DNA of 64,000 nt from the NCBI GenBank assembly GCA_035549315.1, contig DASZRC010000026.1, forward strand, positions 988 through 64,987, in the 5' to 3' direction. A program made the translations under genes and the position numbers. This document shows, one piece after another, positions 28,657 through 38,895 of this stretch. The notes beneath the pieces are model-generated. The model saw only the letters and a list, made by a program, of their open reading frames with translations, made no database searches and was not told where the DNA came from. The stretch's first letter is position 1. Each line of letters begins with the position of its first letter. This stretch comes from Patescibacteria group bacterium. GTDB lineage: Bacteria > Patescibacteriota > Microgenomatia > Levybacterales > GWA1-39-11.

Positions 28657-30297
28657 ATGGAACTTATCAAAAAAAACTTAGGTTTAATAATAGTTATTAT
28701 TCTTGGGGCAATTCCTTTATTTAGCTTGTTGCACCCGGGTCTTCCTTTAACTCATGATGGCCAAGATCATGTTGCAAGAATTGCTAATTTCTATCAATCT
28801 CTCAGCGAAGGCAACATAATTCCTAGATGGGCTGGGAATCTTGATTGGGGATATGGGCACCCCATCTTGATGTTTTTGTATCCATTCTCGTCATACGCCG
28901 CATCTTTTTTTCACTTCTTGGGATTTAATTTTGTAGATTCTCTTAAGATCGTATTTGGTTTGGGTTTTATCGCCAGTGGCATATGTATGTATATTTGGTT
29001 AAGAGAATTCTTAGGAGAGAAGGTAGCAATTGCCGGAGCTACGCTCTATCTGTATGCTCCCTATAGATTTGTTGATCTGTATGTTAGAGGAGCAATAGGA
29101 GAGCACATGGCCTTTATTTTTCCACCTTTAATTGCATACTTCCTTATCAAAATGGTAAATAAAAAATCTTACTGGTATTTTCTTGGGGCCACATTATCCA
29201 TTGCCGGACTTATACTATCCCACAATGCATTATTAATAATGTTTCTTCCAATCATTATGATCTATGGTTTATACCTAATTCTTACTAATAAAAAACAATC
29301 CCAAAGATTAATTATTGAATATCTATTAGCTCTATTGTTAGGATTTAGTCTTTCATCATTCTTTATAATTCCGGCATTTTTAGAAGGTAAATACACCTTG
29401 CGTGATATTGTTACCGATGGGGAAGTATTAAAAAGATTTGTCCAATTTAAAAATATAATATATAGTCCGTGGGGGTATGGAGATTTCTCTGTTCAGCTAG
29501 GGATTGCGCAGTGGGCTACGATAATTTTCTTTCCTTTTGTTATTTATAAACTCAAAAAAAATACAAATAATTTAATTCTTTATTTAATATTTTTTGTATA
29601 TTTCTTGGGAAGTATAGTCATAATGCTTCCCGAGGCAAAACTAATTTGGCAAGTTATTACAACGCTTCAAAAATTCCAATTCCCTTGGAGATTTTTGTCT
29701 GCCTCTGTTTTTTCGGCAGCTCTTTTAGGAAGCTTTTTTGTTTTTGTACTTAAGAAAAATGTTCAGCTATTGGGAGTTGTATTGATTGTTGTTTTTTCAA
29801 TTATTTTGACTAAAACCTACTGGCAACCAAAGGCATATCTTATGAAGCCGGAAGCTTTTTATACAGGGATTTATAACGGGACAACAGATACCGGTGAAAG
29901 TGCTCCTATTTGGTCGGTAAGGTTTATGGAGAACCGTCCAAAAGCCAGAATTGAGGTAATCGAAGGGAAAGCCACTATTAAAAATGTTTCTAGAAATTCT
30001 ACAGAGCATGTATATACAGTTGTCTCTAATGGCAATTCAGGATTAAGAGAGAATACATTATTCTTTCCGGGATGGAAAGTTTATATAGATGGTGTTGAGT
30101 ATCAAAATGTTGAATTTCAAGATCCTCATAACCGAGGCTTGATGACTTTCAAGGTTCCCAATGGGGAACATAAAGTTGATATTAAATTTGAAAACACCAA
30201 GCTTAGGACCATATCAAATGTTATATCACTTGTTTCAATAGCTATTGTTTTTCTTGTGTATTTTGTGTGGAAGCAGAGAATTAAAAAACTAACATGA
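28657..30297 (+). CDS. polytopic membrane protein, PTPS-related-domain-like family (paralog)
   Basis: THDGQDHVARIANFYQSLSEGNIIPRWAGNLDWGYGHPILMFLYP, YVRGAIGEH, LSHN, FFPGWKVYIDG...GEHKVDIKF. Confidence 0.5.
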   Translation: MELIKKNLGLIIVIILGAIPLFSLLHPGLPLTHDGQDHVARIANFYQSLSEGNIIPRWAGNLDWGYGHPILMFLYPFSSYAASFFHFLGFNFVDSLKIVFGLGFIASGICMYIWLREFLGEKVAIAGATLYLYAPYRFVDLYVRGAIGEHMAFIFPPLIAYFLIKMVNKKSYWYFLGATLSIAGLILSHNALLIMFLPIIMIYGLYLILTNKKQSQRLIIEYLLALLLGFSLSSFFIIPAFLEGKYTLRDIVTDGEVLKRFVQFKNIIYSPWGYGDFSVQLGIAQWATIIFFPFVIYKLKKNTNNLILYLIFFVYFLGSIVIMLPEAKLIWQVITTLQKFQFPWRFLSASVFSAALLGSFFVFVLKKNVQLLGVVLIVVFSIILTKTYWQPKAYLMKPEAFYTGIYNGTTDTGESAPIWSVRFMENRPKARIEVIEGKATIKNVSRNSTEHVYTVVSNGNSGLRENTLFFPGWKVYIDGVEYQNVEFQDPHNRGLMTFKVPNGEHKVDIKFENTKLRTISNVISLVSIAIVFLVYFVWKQRIKKLT

Positions 30298-32615
30298 AAA
30301 AAATTTTAATTAGATTTTGGCCAATCATACTTATTTTTGTAATTTGGCTAGTTTTTGCCTCCCCCTACTTGGTTAAAGGAAAAGTACCCTTCCCATCAGA
30401 CTATCTTGCAGCAAACTTTGGGCCCTGGAATTCATACGGAAATTATGTGGGAGGGGTTAAAAATGGTGCGACTCCGGATGTAATAAGTCAGATATATCCA
30501 TGGAAAAAAATGGTCATAGATATTTGGAAAACCGGGAGCCTTCCGTTATGGAACCCATACAATTTTTCCGGGACGCCGCTACTCGCAAATTATCAGTCTG
30601 CTGTATTATCACCTCTCAATCTGATCTATTTTGTACTGCCTTTTATTGATGCCTGGAGTATACAAATAATACTCGCTCCGCTTCTTGCCGGAATATTTAT
30701 GTACCTTTTTACAAGATCGCTTAAGATAAGTGAATTTGGTTCTCTTACTGCATCTCTTGCTTTTATGTTTTGTGGATTTATTACCTCTTGGTTAGTTTAT
30801 GGAACCTTACCTTATGCAATTTTATTTTTACCACTTTCCTTATTTGCAATAGAAAAATTTATCTTGGATAAAAAAAGAATTTACCTTTTGATTTTGGCTT
30901 TATCTATTCCGTTCTCATTTTTCAGTGGACATTTTCAAACAAGTATCTACTTTATTCTATTTATATTAATTTACTTAATTTATGAATCTATTGTAAATAA
31001 GAGATTAATTATTCCGCTCTATATCTCTGTCCTTTCAGGGCTTTTATTATCTGCTCCTCAGCTTTTTCCATCAATTGAGTTTTATTTTGAGTCTGTAAGA
31101 AGTTCAATATTTATAAAAACGGAAGTGATACCTTGGGGTTATCTTCCTACACTTATTGCTCCGGATTTTTTTGGAAATCCGGTAACTCGAAATGATTGGT
31201 TTGGCCACTACGCTGAGTGGAATATGTATATTGGTTTAATCCCATTGTTTCTTGCTTTTTATTCCTTCTCTAAAAAAAATAAAGATACAATATTTTTTGG
31301 AATAGCAGCACTAGTTATTTTATTACTATCCTTCCAAACGCCTTTATTAGATTTATTAATTGCATTAAAGATCCCTGTTTTATCAACAAGTGCGGCATCA
31401 AGAATAGTTGTTTTGTTTAGTTTCTGTTTATCTGTTTTAGCAGGGTTTGGTTTAGATAAGGTAGTAAAAGATGTTGAAGAGGAGAAGTTTAAAAAAATAG
31501 TTCCCCTCTTTGCCATCTTCTTTTTAATTTTTGCCGCTCTATGGACAATAGTAATAACAAAAAGTATATTGCCGCTAGATAAGGCATCTATTGCTTATTC
31601 TAATCTAAGATTGCCTTCTATAATTTTTGCATGTTTTGTTGTTGTCAGCCTTATTTTATTTATCATAAAAAATAAAAAAATGAGATTTATTATCTTGGGC
31701 TTTCTTATTTTGCTTGTTTCAGTAGATTTAATTAGGTTTTCTTTAAAGTGGCAACCTTTTGAGGATAGAAGCCTAATGTATCAGAATGTTCCAATAACCA
31801 ATTTTCTTAAAAACATTAAGCCAGAGGACAGGGTTTTTGGTTCAATAAATCAAGAGGGTGCAATGTACTATGATTTTTCAATTCCGGAAGGATATGATCC
31901 ACTTTATATCGGGCGTTATGGTGAATTGATTGGCGCAGCAAAAGATGGAGAATATCATAGTCCGGAAAGATCAGTTGTTAGCTTGTCAAAAAATGGCCAG
32001 TATACAGGACAAATAATTAATCTTCTTGGGATTAAGTATATTATTCATAAAATTTCAGATGGGCAGGCAGTATGGGCATTTCCATATTGGACTTATCCAG
32101 TAGATACTTTTAGAGAAGTTTATAAAGACGACAAATATCTGGTTTTAGAAAATGATAAAGCACAACCTAGAGCCTTTTTTGTTGATAAAGCCAAAGTTGT
32201 AAAAAATAATAGAGAAATTCTAAGACAATTATTTAGAAAAGAATTGGATTTAAGAAAAAACGCTGTCTTGGAAGAAAATCCGGGAATTAGTGAGGGAAAT
32301 TCATCTGGGAGTGCTATTGTCAAAGTCTACACGCCAAATAAAGTAGAAGTAGCAACAAATAATAACAAAGCGTCTGTTCTTGTTCTTTCAGACCCTTACT
32401 ACCCGGGGTGGAGAGCTACGATTAATGGGAAACCTGCCAAAATTTATAGAGCAGATTATGCTCTCAGGGCAGTTGTCGTGCCTAAAGGAAAGAATACAGT
32501 TACATTTAGTTATAATCCCAAAAGCTTCCTTTATGGCTTAGTTTTAGCAGGAATTGGCGTGATAATGCTTATTTTGCTCATGTTTTATTCGGCTATGCCT
32601 CCCCGAAAAAAATGA
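30294..32615 (+). CDS. YfhO family membrane glycosyltransferase (GT-C), paralog
   Basis: LPLWNPYNFSGTPLLANYQSAVLSPLN. C-terminal YYPGWRATINGKPAKIYRADYALRAV. Confidence 0.7.
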   Translation: MKKILIRFWPIILIFVIWLVFASPYLVKGKVPFPSDYLAANFGPWNSYGNYVGGVKNGATPDVISQIYPWKKMVIDIWKTGSLPLWNPYNFSGTPLLANYQSAVLSPLNLIYFVLPFIDAWSIQIILAPLLAGIFMYLFTRSLKISEFGSLTASLAFMFCGFITSWLVYGTLPYAILFLPLSLFAIEKFILDKKRIYLLILALSIPFSFFSGHFQTSIYFILFILIYLIYESIVNKRLIIPLYISVLSGLLLSAPQLFPSIEFYFESVRSSIFIKTEVIPWGYLPTLIAPDFFGNPVTRNDWFGHYAEWNMYIGLIPLFLAFYSFSKKNKDTIFFGIAALVILLLSFQTPLLDLLIALKIPVLSTSAASRIVVLFSFCLSVLAGFGLDKVVKDVEEEKFKKIVPLFAIFFLIFAALWTIVITKSILPLDKASIAYSNLRLPSIIFACFVVVSLILFIIKNKKMRFIILGFLILLVSVDLIRFSLKWQPFEDRSLMYQNVPITNFLKNIKPEDRVFGSINQEGAMYYDFSIPEGYDPLYIGRYGELIGAAKDGEYHSPERSVVSLSKNGQYTGQIINLLGIKYIIHKISDGQAVWAFPYWTYPVDTFREVYKDDKYLVLENDKAQPRAFFVDKAKVVKNNREILRQLFRKELDLRKNAVLEENPGISEGNSSGSAIVKVYTPNKVEVATNNNKASVLVLSDPYYPGWRATINGKPAKIYRADYALRAVVVPKGKNTVTFSYNPKSFLYGLVLAGIGVIMLILLMFYSAMPPRKK

Positions 32616-32671
32616 TTTTTATACTTTATGTCAAATACTATATACTAAATACCATATACCAAATATAAATT

Positions 32672-33418
32672 ATGATATCTTTGTTAATAATTACAAAAAA
32701 TGAGGAAGATGTAATAGAAGACGCAATAAAATCTGCAAAGGGGTTTGCGGATGAAATAATTGTTGTTGATGACTCAACTGATAAAACTCCCGAGATAGCC
32801 AGGAAGCTTGGGGCTCGTGTAATAGAAAATAAGTTCAAAGACTTTTCAGATCAAAGAAATTTGGCAGCTTCTGCAGCAAAGCATGCATGGTTATTCTATC
32901 TAGATGCCGATGAGCGTTTAACACCGGAAATAATTAAAGAAATTAAAGATCTTTTGGATCTATATGACCTTACATTTGAAGAAATGGGGTTTTGGGTTAA
33001 GCGTAAGACATTTTATTTTGGACGAGATTGGCATTTTGAGGACAAGGTCCAAAGATTTTTTAGAAAAGACAAGTTTAAAGGCTGGCAAGGCGTAGTCCAT
33101 GAAACTCCTGAGGTTGAAGGGAAATTGGGTTTGATAAAAAACCCTATTTTGCACTACACCCATAGAAATCTGTCACAAATGATTGCCAAAACCAATGAAT
33201 GGTCTGAATATGAAGCCGAGCTTAGGTTAAAAGCGCACCATCCCAAGATGACATGGTGGCGTTTCCCAAGAGTCATGATCCCGGCTTTCTTTGGTTCGTA
33301 TTTTGGTGGCGGAGGGTATAAAAACGGTACCCCCGGATTAGTAGAGGCAATCTATCAAGCATTTTCAATGTTTATTACTTACGGAAAGCTTTGGGAAAAA
33401 CAAAAGGCTAGTAAATAG
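32672..33418 (+). CDS. GT2 glycosyltransferase, KdtX/WaaE-like
   Basis: ISLLIITKNEE...IIVVDDSTDKT...FYLDADERLTP...GFWVKRKTFYFGR. Confidence 0.65.
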   Translation: MISLLIITKNEEDVIEDAIKSAKGFADEIIVVDDSTDKTPEIARKLGARVIENKFKDFSDQRNLAASAAKHAWLFYLDADERLTPEIIKEIKDLLDLYDLTFEEMGFWVKRKTFYFGRDWHFEDKVQRFFRKDKFKGWQGVVHETPEVEGKLGLIKNPILHYTHRNLSQMIAKTNEWSEYEAELRLKAHHPKMTWWRFPRVMIPAFFGSYFGGGGYKNGTPGLVEAIYQAFSMFITYGKLWEKQKASK

Positions 33419-33421
33419 TAA

Positions 33422-33661
33422 CTATTTACTATTTTTGGGGAGCCAAGATTTTATTTCCTCGATTGTGAGTGGTTTTTTGCAGAATTTAAATAAATAGATT
33501 AGCTCAATAATTCCGGCTGTATTTATAGGTAGAATAAAAAATATAAACCAATTTCTCTGCTTGTTGTTAGCAGCCCTCCAGGTTGCAATTCCACGCCAGA
33601 TTATGCTCCATACCAAAAGCACAAACAAAACCGGAAGCGGAATAGGTGAATTTGTATTCAT
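33422..33661 (-). CDS. small two-TM membrane protein (DUF5652-like?)
   Basis: VLFVLLVWSIIWRGIATWRAANNKQRNWFIFFILPINTAGIIELIYLF. It is the only minus-strand gene inside the 49-kb array. Confidence 0.4.
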   Translation of the reverse strand: MNTNSPIPLPVLFVLLVWSIIWRGIATWRAANNKQRNWFIFFILPINTAGIIELIYLFKFCKKPLTIEEIKSWLPKNSK

Positions 33662-33781
33662 GTGACTAATTTACCACAGATTGATCCCGTAATCAACGAT
33701 TTATATTTCTTTTGTACAGACAAAAGAAACAAAAACTGCCATCGCGGTTTTGTTCATGCTTTCTATTTTAAGTCGCTTATC

Positions 33782-33885
33782 GGGGGCATTTCTTCCCCCT
33801 CCGCGATCCAAGCTTTGCTTGGCCGCTAGACCTCCCCCTGATACGCTCGTTAAAATCTCAAGAAATCACAAAAGTGCGATGTGTT
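33782..33885 (+). ncRNA. candidate conserved structured RNA element, copy B (5' leader of the second gene array)
   Basis: GGGGGCATTTCTTCCCCCTCCGCGATCCAAGCTTTGCTTGGCCGCTAGACCTCCCCCTG. See copy A. It sits about 94 nt upstream of the GT4 gene start codon. Confidence 0.4.
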
Positions 33886-33933
33886 TACTAAATGAATGTA
33901 TGTGGGAAGATAATATTTTGATACAATTATGCT

Positions 33934-35010
33934 ATGCGTATCGGAGTTTATGACCCTTATCTTGATGATATGGGAGGGGGGGAGAAATATATGGTGACAT
34001 TGGCCACGAGCCTTCTTCCCGGAAATGAAGTGGATATATTTTGGGATAACAGGGATGACCTTGATAGAGTGGCTCAAAGATTCTCCTTAGATGTGGCCAA
34101 TTTAAGAGTTGTACCAAATATTTTTTCCCAAAAGGTTGGTACTATAAAAAGACTAATAGAAACTAAAAAATATGATGCCATAATCATTCTGTCCGATGGT
34201 AGTATTCCATTAGTTTCTTCTAAGAAATTATTTTTACATGTCCAGCAACCAATTCCTAATGCAAAGAAAAATATCAAATCAAGGCTAAAACTTAAAAGGG
34301 TAAATAAAGTTTTTTGTAACTCATACTTTACAAAAAGTTTTGTAGATAAGGATTTGGGAGTAGATAGTATTGTTGTTTATCCTCCGGTTTCTCTTCATCC
34401 TAAAAATGTAAGTAAAGAAAATATAATTCTTCACGTTGGAAGATTTAGGGTTAGAAATGTTGGTGTATCAGATTACAAAAAACAAGACGTAATGGTTGAG
34501 GTGTTCAAGAAGATGGTTAAGAAAGGTCTTAAAAAATGGAAATTTGTCATAGCAGCAAGTGTTGCAAGTTCTAGTGAGGATGAGGTTAAGCTTTTTGAGG
34601 AGTTTGTTAACAAGACAAAGGATTTTCCCATTGAGTTTGAAGTTAATAAATCAAATGCCGAACTGTGGGATTTATATTCTAAAGCCAAGATTTATTGGCA
34701 TGCTTCAGGTTTTGGCGAAGATTTGGAAAAACACCCTGAATTTGCAGAACATTTTGGTATATCAACAGTAGAGGCAATGGGCGCAGGAGATGTGCCTGTT
34801 GTTATTAATGCGGGTGGACAGAAAGAAATAGTAGAAGATGAAGTAACAGGATTTCTATGGAATAACTTAGATGAATTAGCAGATAAGACTATGTTGCTAA
34901 CGCGTGAAGATAAGATCCTTGCTACAATGTCAGCGGCAGCAAAGAAAAAAGCAAAAGATTTTGCAGGAGACAGATTTGCCGATGATGTAAGAAGAATGGT
35001 ATATGCTTAG
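33934..35010 (+). CDS. GT4 glycosyltransferase
   Basis: C-terminal FGISTVEAMGAGDVPVVINAGGQKEIVEDEVTGFL is the E-x7-E-like GT4 donor-binding block. Confidence 0.75.
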   Translation: MRIGVYDPYLDDMGGGEKYMVTLATSLLPGNEVDIFWDNRDDLDRVAQRFSLDVANLRVVPNIFSQKVGTIKRLIETKKYDAIIILSDGSIPLVSSKKLFLHVQQPIPNAKKNIKSRLKLKRVNKVFCNSYFTKSFVDKDLGVDSIVVYPPVSLHPKNVSKENIILHVGRFRVRNVGVSDYKKQDVMVEVFKKMVKKGLKKWKFVIAASVASSSEDEVKLFEEFVNKTKDFPIEFEVNKSNAELWDLYSKAKIYWHASGFGEDLEKHPEFAEHFGISTVEAMGAGDVPVVINAGGQKEIVEDEVTGFLWNNLDELADKTMLLTREDKILATMSAAAKKKAKDFAGDRFADDVRRMVYA

Positions 35011-37258
35011 TTTTTTAAAGAAGAATTGTTTGATTTTATTTTTAGTTTTAATATCTGTTGTTTTTTTCTATAAAACAATTGCGGTAGGTCTGCTTCCTTT
35101 ACCCTCTGATACCATTGTTGGCCTTTATTATCCATTTCGTGATAATTATGCCAAGACCAATCCTAGAGGTGTCCCATTTAAAAACTTTTTAATAACAGAT
35201 CCGGTTAGGCAAACTTATCCATGGAAAAATTTATCAATCGAAATTGAAAAAAAAATACAATTGCCATTATGGAATCCATATAATTTTTCCGGGACTCCGC
35301 TGCTTGCTAATTTTCAGTCCGGTGTATTTTATCCATTAAATATTCTTTACTTTATTCTCCCTTTTGAATTCGGTTGGTCAATAATGATAATTCTTTCACC
35401 AATTTTGGCAGGGGTATTTATGTATCTTTTTCTTAGAAATTTAGATATTAGGAAAGAGGCAAGTTTACTGGGTGCTATTGCCCTCTCTTTTAGTGGCTTT
35501 TTTATTGCATGGATGGAATGGGGAAATATTATTCATACTGCTCTCTGGTTACCGCTAATTCTTTTATCAATAGATAAAATTTATACGGAAAAAGAACAAA
35601 AGGGGTGGGGGTTATTGCTTCTTTTTTCTCTTATCGCCTCGTTCTTTGCAGGGCATCTGCAAACGTTCTTCTATATTTTGGTTTTGGCATTTTTATACTC
35701 AGTTTTTAGATGGTTTAGTTACGGTAGGAAACTTTTGGTTCCAATCCGCCTTATTTTAATATTTATAATTTTTACAGTTTTGGCTGCGATTCAATGGGTA
35801 CCAACGCTTCAATTCATTTTACTTTCTGCAAGGAACGCGGATCTAATTGGAATAAATAATCCGGGGTGGTTTGTTCCACTCCAAAATATAGTACAGTTTT
35901 TAGTGCCTGATTTTTTTGGCAACCCCACAACCTTAAACTATTGGGGAATATGGAATTATGCAGAGTTTGTAGGTTACATAGGAGTAATTCCATTAATGAT
36001 GGCATTTATCGCCATTTTATTTAGAAGAGATAAAAACACCATATTCTTTTCATTGGTACTCTTGTTTTCATTAATTCTGGCATTTGCAACACCATTTGCA
36101 AAATTGCCCTTTATTCTTCATATCCCATTTGTTAATACATCTCAGCCTACAAGGCTATTATTTATAGTTTGCTTCAGCTTAAGTGTCTTATGTGGTTTGG
36201 GGGCAGACTATTTTATGAAGGAAAAAAAGAAAAACATTCTAGTAATAGCGATATTTGCAGTGTTTTTTGTATCCATATGGGTATTTATTGTAGGTAAAGG
36301 ATTTAATTTGGTGGAAGCTTCTAATCTTATTGTTGCAAAAAAGAATTTAATTTTACCAACCCTTATATTTTTATTGGCAAGTGTTTTATTTATTTTTAAT
36401 TATTTTATTTCCAAAAAGAAGTACGGTAATTTTTCAAACCTTGTCATATATTTATTGATATTAATTTCGGTCTTTGATTTGTTTAGATTTGGGTGGAAGT
36501 TTGAATCATTTACAAAAAGTGAGTATTTGTTTCCAAGCACAAAAGTTTTGTCATTTATTCAAAAAGACCCGGATATATTTAGAGTAATGTCGGACAACTC
36601 TGAAATTTTTCCACCAAATTTTTCTATTATGTATAAGATCCAAACCCCCGATGGTTATGATCCCTTATATATAAAAAGATATGGTGAGCTTGTGGCGGCA
36701 TATGGCAGAAAAAAACCGGATATAAGTGCACCATTTGGGTTTAATAGAATAATAACTTTACAAGACTATAAAACTAATTTAGTAGATCTTCTAGGTGTTA
36801 AATATGTGCTCTCAAAAAATCAGTTATTAGACCCAAAGCTTACAAATGTTTATACAGATGGAACAATCAATGTGTATAAAAACTCAAATGCACTTCCCAG
36901 AGCATTCTTTGTATCAACCATTGTTTCGGCTAGTAACGACCAAAACGAAATTGAAAAATTAATTGATACTAAGGATTTATTATCCAATACTGCATTTGTT
37001 GAAACAAATGATAATCTTGCTAACAAGAAGATTAACAAAGGAAACGCTAAAATTGTAACCTACTCACCAAACAGGGTTATTATAAATACGGATAATAGCG
37101 GTGATGGATTCTTGGTTTTAACAGATGCTTATTACCCTACATGGAAAGTAAAAATAGACGGAGTGGATAAAAAAATATATATTACAGATTATGCTTTTCG
37201 TGGAGTATTTATTCCAAAAGGCAAGCATACGGTAGAATTTTATAATAACTTATTATAA
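35003..37258 (+). CDS. YfhO family membrane glycosyltransferase (GT-C), paralog
   Basis: LPLWNPYNFSGTPLLANFQSGVFYPLN. C-terminal YYPTWKVKIDG...GKHTVEF. Confidence 0.7.
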   Translation: MLSFLKKNCLILFLVLISVVFFYKTIAVGLLPLPSDTIVGLYYPFRDNYAKTNPRGVPFKNFLITDPVRQTYPWKNLSIEIEKKIQLPLWNPYNFSGTPLLANFQSGVFYPLNILYFILPFEFGWSIMIILSPILAGVFMYLFLRNLDIRKEASLLGAIALSFSGFFIAWMEWGNIIHTALWLPLILLSIDKIYTEKEQKGWGLLLLFSLIASFFAGHLQTFFYILVLAFLYSVFRWFSYGRKLLVPIRLILIFIIFTVLAAIQWVPTLQFILLSARNADLIGINNPGWFVPLQNIVQFLVPDFFGNPTTLNYWGIWNYAEFVGYIGVIPLMMAFIAILFRRDKNTIFFSLVLLFSLILAFATPFAKLPFILHIPFVNTSQPTRLLFIVCFSLSVLCGLGADYFMKEKKKNILVIAIFAVFFVSIWVFIVGKGFNLVEASNLIVAKKNLILPTLIFLLASVLFIFNYFISKKKYGNFSNLVIYLLILISVFDLFRFGWKFESFTKSEYLFPSTKVLSFIQKDPDIFRVMSDNSEIFPPNFSIMYKIQTPDGYDPLYIKRYGELVAAYGRKKPDISAPFGFNRIITLQDYKTNLVDLLGVKYVLSKNQLLDPKLTNVYTDGTINVYKNSNALPRAFFVSTIVSASNDQNEIEKLIDTKDLLSNTAFVETNDNLANKKINKGNAKIVTYSPNRVIINTDNSGDGFLVLTDAYYPTWKVKIDGVDKKIYITDYAFRGVFIPKGKHTVEFYNNLL

Positions 37259-38184
37259 TGATGAAAATAGATATAGTTATTCCAAACTTTAACGGCGCAA
37301 ATCTTATAGAAAAAAATGTGCCGGTAATTTTTGACGTGGTTGAAAAATACAAAATAGGAAAAATAATAATTGTTGATGATTATTCAGATATAAATGACTA
37401 CAAGAGGTTAGAGGCTTTTGTAGAAAAGTATAAAAATAAAATAGTTTTATATAGGAATCAGAAAAACATGGGATTTTCTTCCAGTTCAAACAAGGGAGTT
37501 TCTCTCTCTGATGCAGATTTGGTAGTGCTTCTTAATTCTGATGTCATACCCTCTAAGAACTTTTTGGATCAAGCAATTGATGATATTGAAAAAAATGAAA
37601 TGATGTTTGGGGTAGGGTTTATGGATGAAAGCGTAGAGGGTAGTAATAAGGTTAGGCGTGGTAGGGGATTAGCCAGTTGGAGTAGGGGATTTTTAATACA
37701 CAGGAGAGGAGAAGTTAATCGGAAAGACACATTCTGGATATCCGGTGGGAGCTCAATAATTAGAAGAGACATGTTTATTAAACTCGGAGGTTTTGATTCT
37801 TTGTATAACCCTTTTTATTGGGAAGATATAGATCTTTCCTATAGAGCCAGAAAAGCCGGCTTTGTAATTGAGTTCAATCCGGACTGTGTTGTGGAGCATA
37901 GACATGAAGAAGGGGCAATTAAAAAACATTATTCATCTTTTCGGGTAAAGACAATTTCATTTAGAAACCAATTTATTTTCGTATGGAAAAATATAAATAA
38001 TTTTGGTTTAATTATGGCTCACATTATTTGGTTACCCTATCATTTTGTTAAGGCTTTACTAAGACTTGATTTGGCATTTTTTTGGGGATTTGGTCTTGCT
38101 GTTCTTAAACTTCCTATAATAATGGAGAGAAGGAGCAGGCAGTCAAAGTTGTATAAATTGGGTGATAGGGATTTATTAAGATGA
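37258..38184 (+). CDS. GT2 glycosyltransferase
   Basis: IDIVIPNFNGA...IIIVDDYSD...LLNSDVIP...WEDIDLSYR. Confidence 0.7.
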   Translation: MMKIDIVIPNFNGANLIEKNVPVIFDVVEKYKIGKIIIVDDYSDINDYKRLEAFVEKYKNKIVLYRNQKNMGFSSSSNKGVSLSDADLVVLLNSDVIPSKNFLDQAIDDIEKNEMMFGVGFMDESVEGSNKVRRGRGLASWSRGFLIHRRGEVNRKDTFWISGGSSIIRRDMFIKLGGFDSLYNPFYWEDIDLSYRARKAGFVIEFNPDCVVEHRHEEGAIKKHYSSFRVKTISFRNQFIFVWKNINNFGLIMAHIIWLPYHFVKALLRLDLAFFWGFGLAVLKLPIIMERRSRQSKLYKLGDRDLLR

Positions 38185-38894
38185 AATTATCCATCATTGT
38201 TCCCGTATTCAACGAAGAAAAAACTATAGGAAAAGTACTTCAGGCACTCCAGGAGATTAAGATCAAAAATGTAAAACCGGAGATAATAGTTATTGATGAT
38301 GGATCAAAAGATAAAACTTGGGAAAAAATAACAAAATCAAAACATCCCAAAATTATTGTTAAGTCTTTAAGACATGACAAGAATATGGGAAAGGGAGCTG
38401 CTGTTAGGACGGGAATAGAAAGAGCTACGGGCGACTACATTATTATTCAAGATGCAGACTTGGAATATGATCCAAAGTTTATTCAGGTTTTGGTGAGCCA
38501 AATATCCGGTAGCAGAGACGTAATTTATGGTACAAGGCTCAATAGAATGCCTAATTTTAAGAATGAAGAAAGAAGAATAAGGTTTATGGCCCATTATGTT
38601 GGCAATAGGCTTTTGAGCTTAATAACAAGCATTTTATACGGCCAATGGATAACGGATATGGAAACTTGCTATAAGCTAATGCCAGCTAAGGAAGTTAAAA
38701 AAATCAAGCTTAAGTCTCGTAGATTTGATTTTGAACCTGAAATTACCTCCAAGCTTTTAAAAAAGGGACTAGTCATAAAAGAAGTTCCAATAATAACTAA
38801 ACCCAGAGGGTATGAAGAAGGGAAAAAGTTAAATACTGTGTCTGATGGGACAGTTGCATTGTGGACATTATTTAAATACAGATTTACCGATTAA
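38181..38894 (+). CDS. GT2 polyprenyl-phosphate sugar synthase (DPM1-like)
   Basis: LSIIVPVFNEE...IIVIDDGSKDKT...YIIIQDADLEYDP. Confidence 0.75.
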   Translation: MKLSIIVPVFNEEKTIGKVLQALQEIKIKNVKPEIIVIDDGSKDKTWEKITKSKHPKIIVKSLRHDKNMGKGAAVRTGIERATGDYIIIQDADLEYDPKFIQVLVSQISGSRDVIYGTRLNRMPNFKNEERRIRFMAHYVGNRLLSLITSILYGQWITDMETCYKLMPAKEVKKIKLKSRRFDFEPEITSKLLKKGLVIKEVPIITKPRGYEEGKKLNTVSDGTVALWTLFKYRFTD

Positions 38895-38895
38895 G

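Noticed and set aside
38845-38895. Upstream extension of the PTPS-related-like gene as given in the ORF track
   Set aside because: It would overlap the preceding GT2 gene by 50 nt. Met18 at 38896 begins immediately after the upstream stop and precedes the first TM segment.
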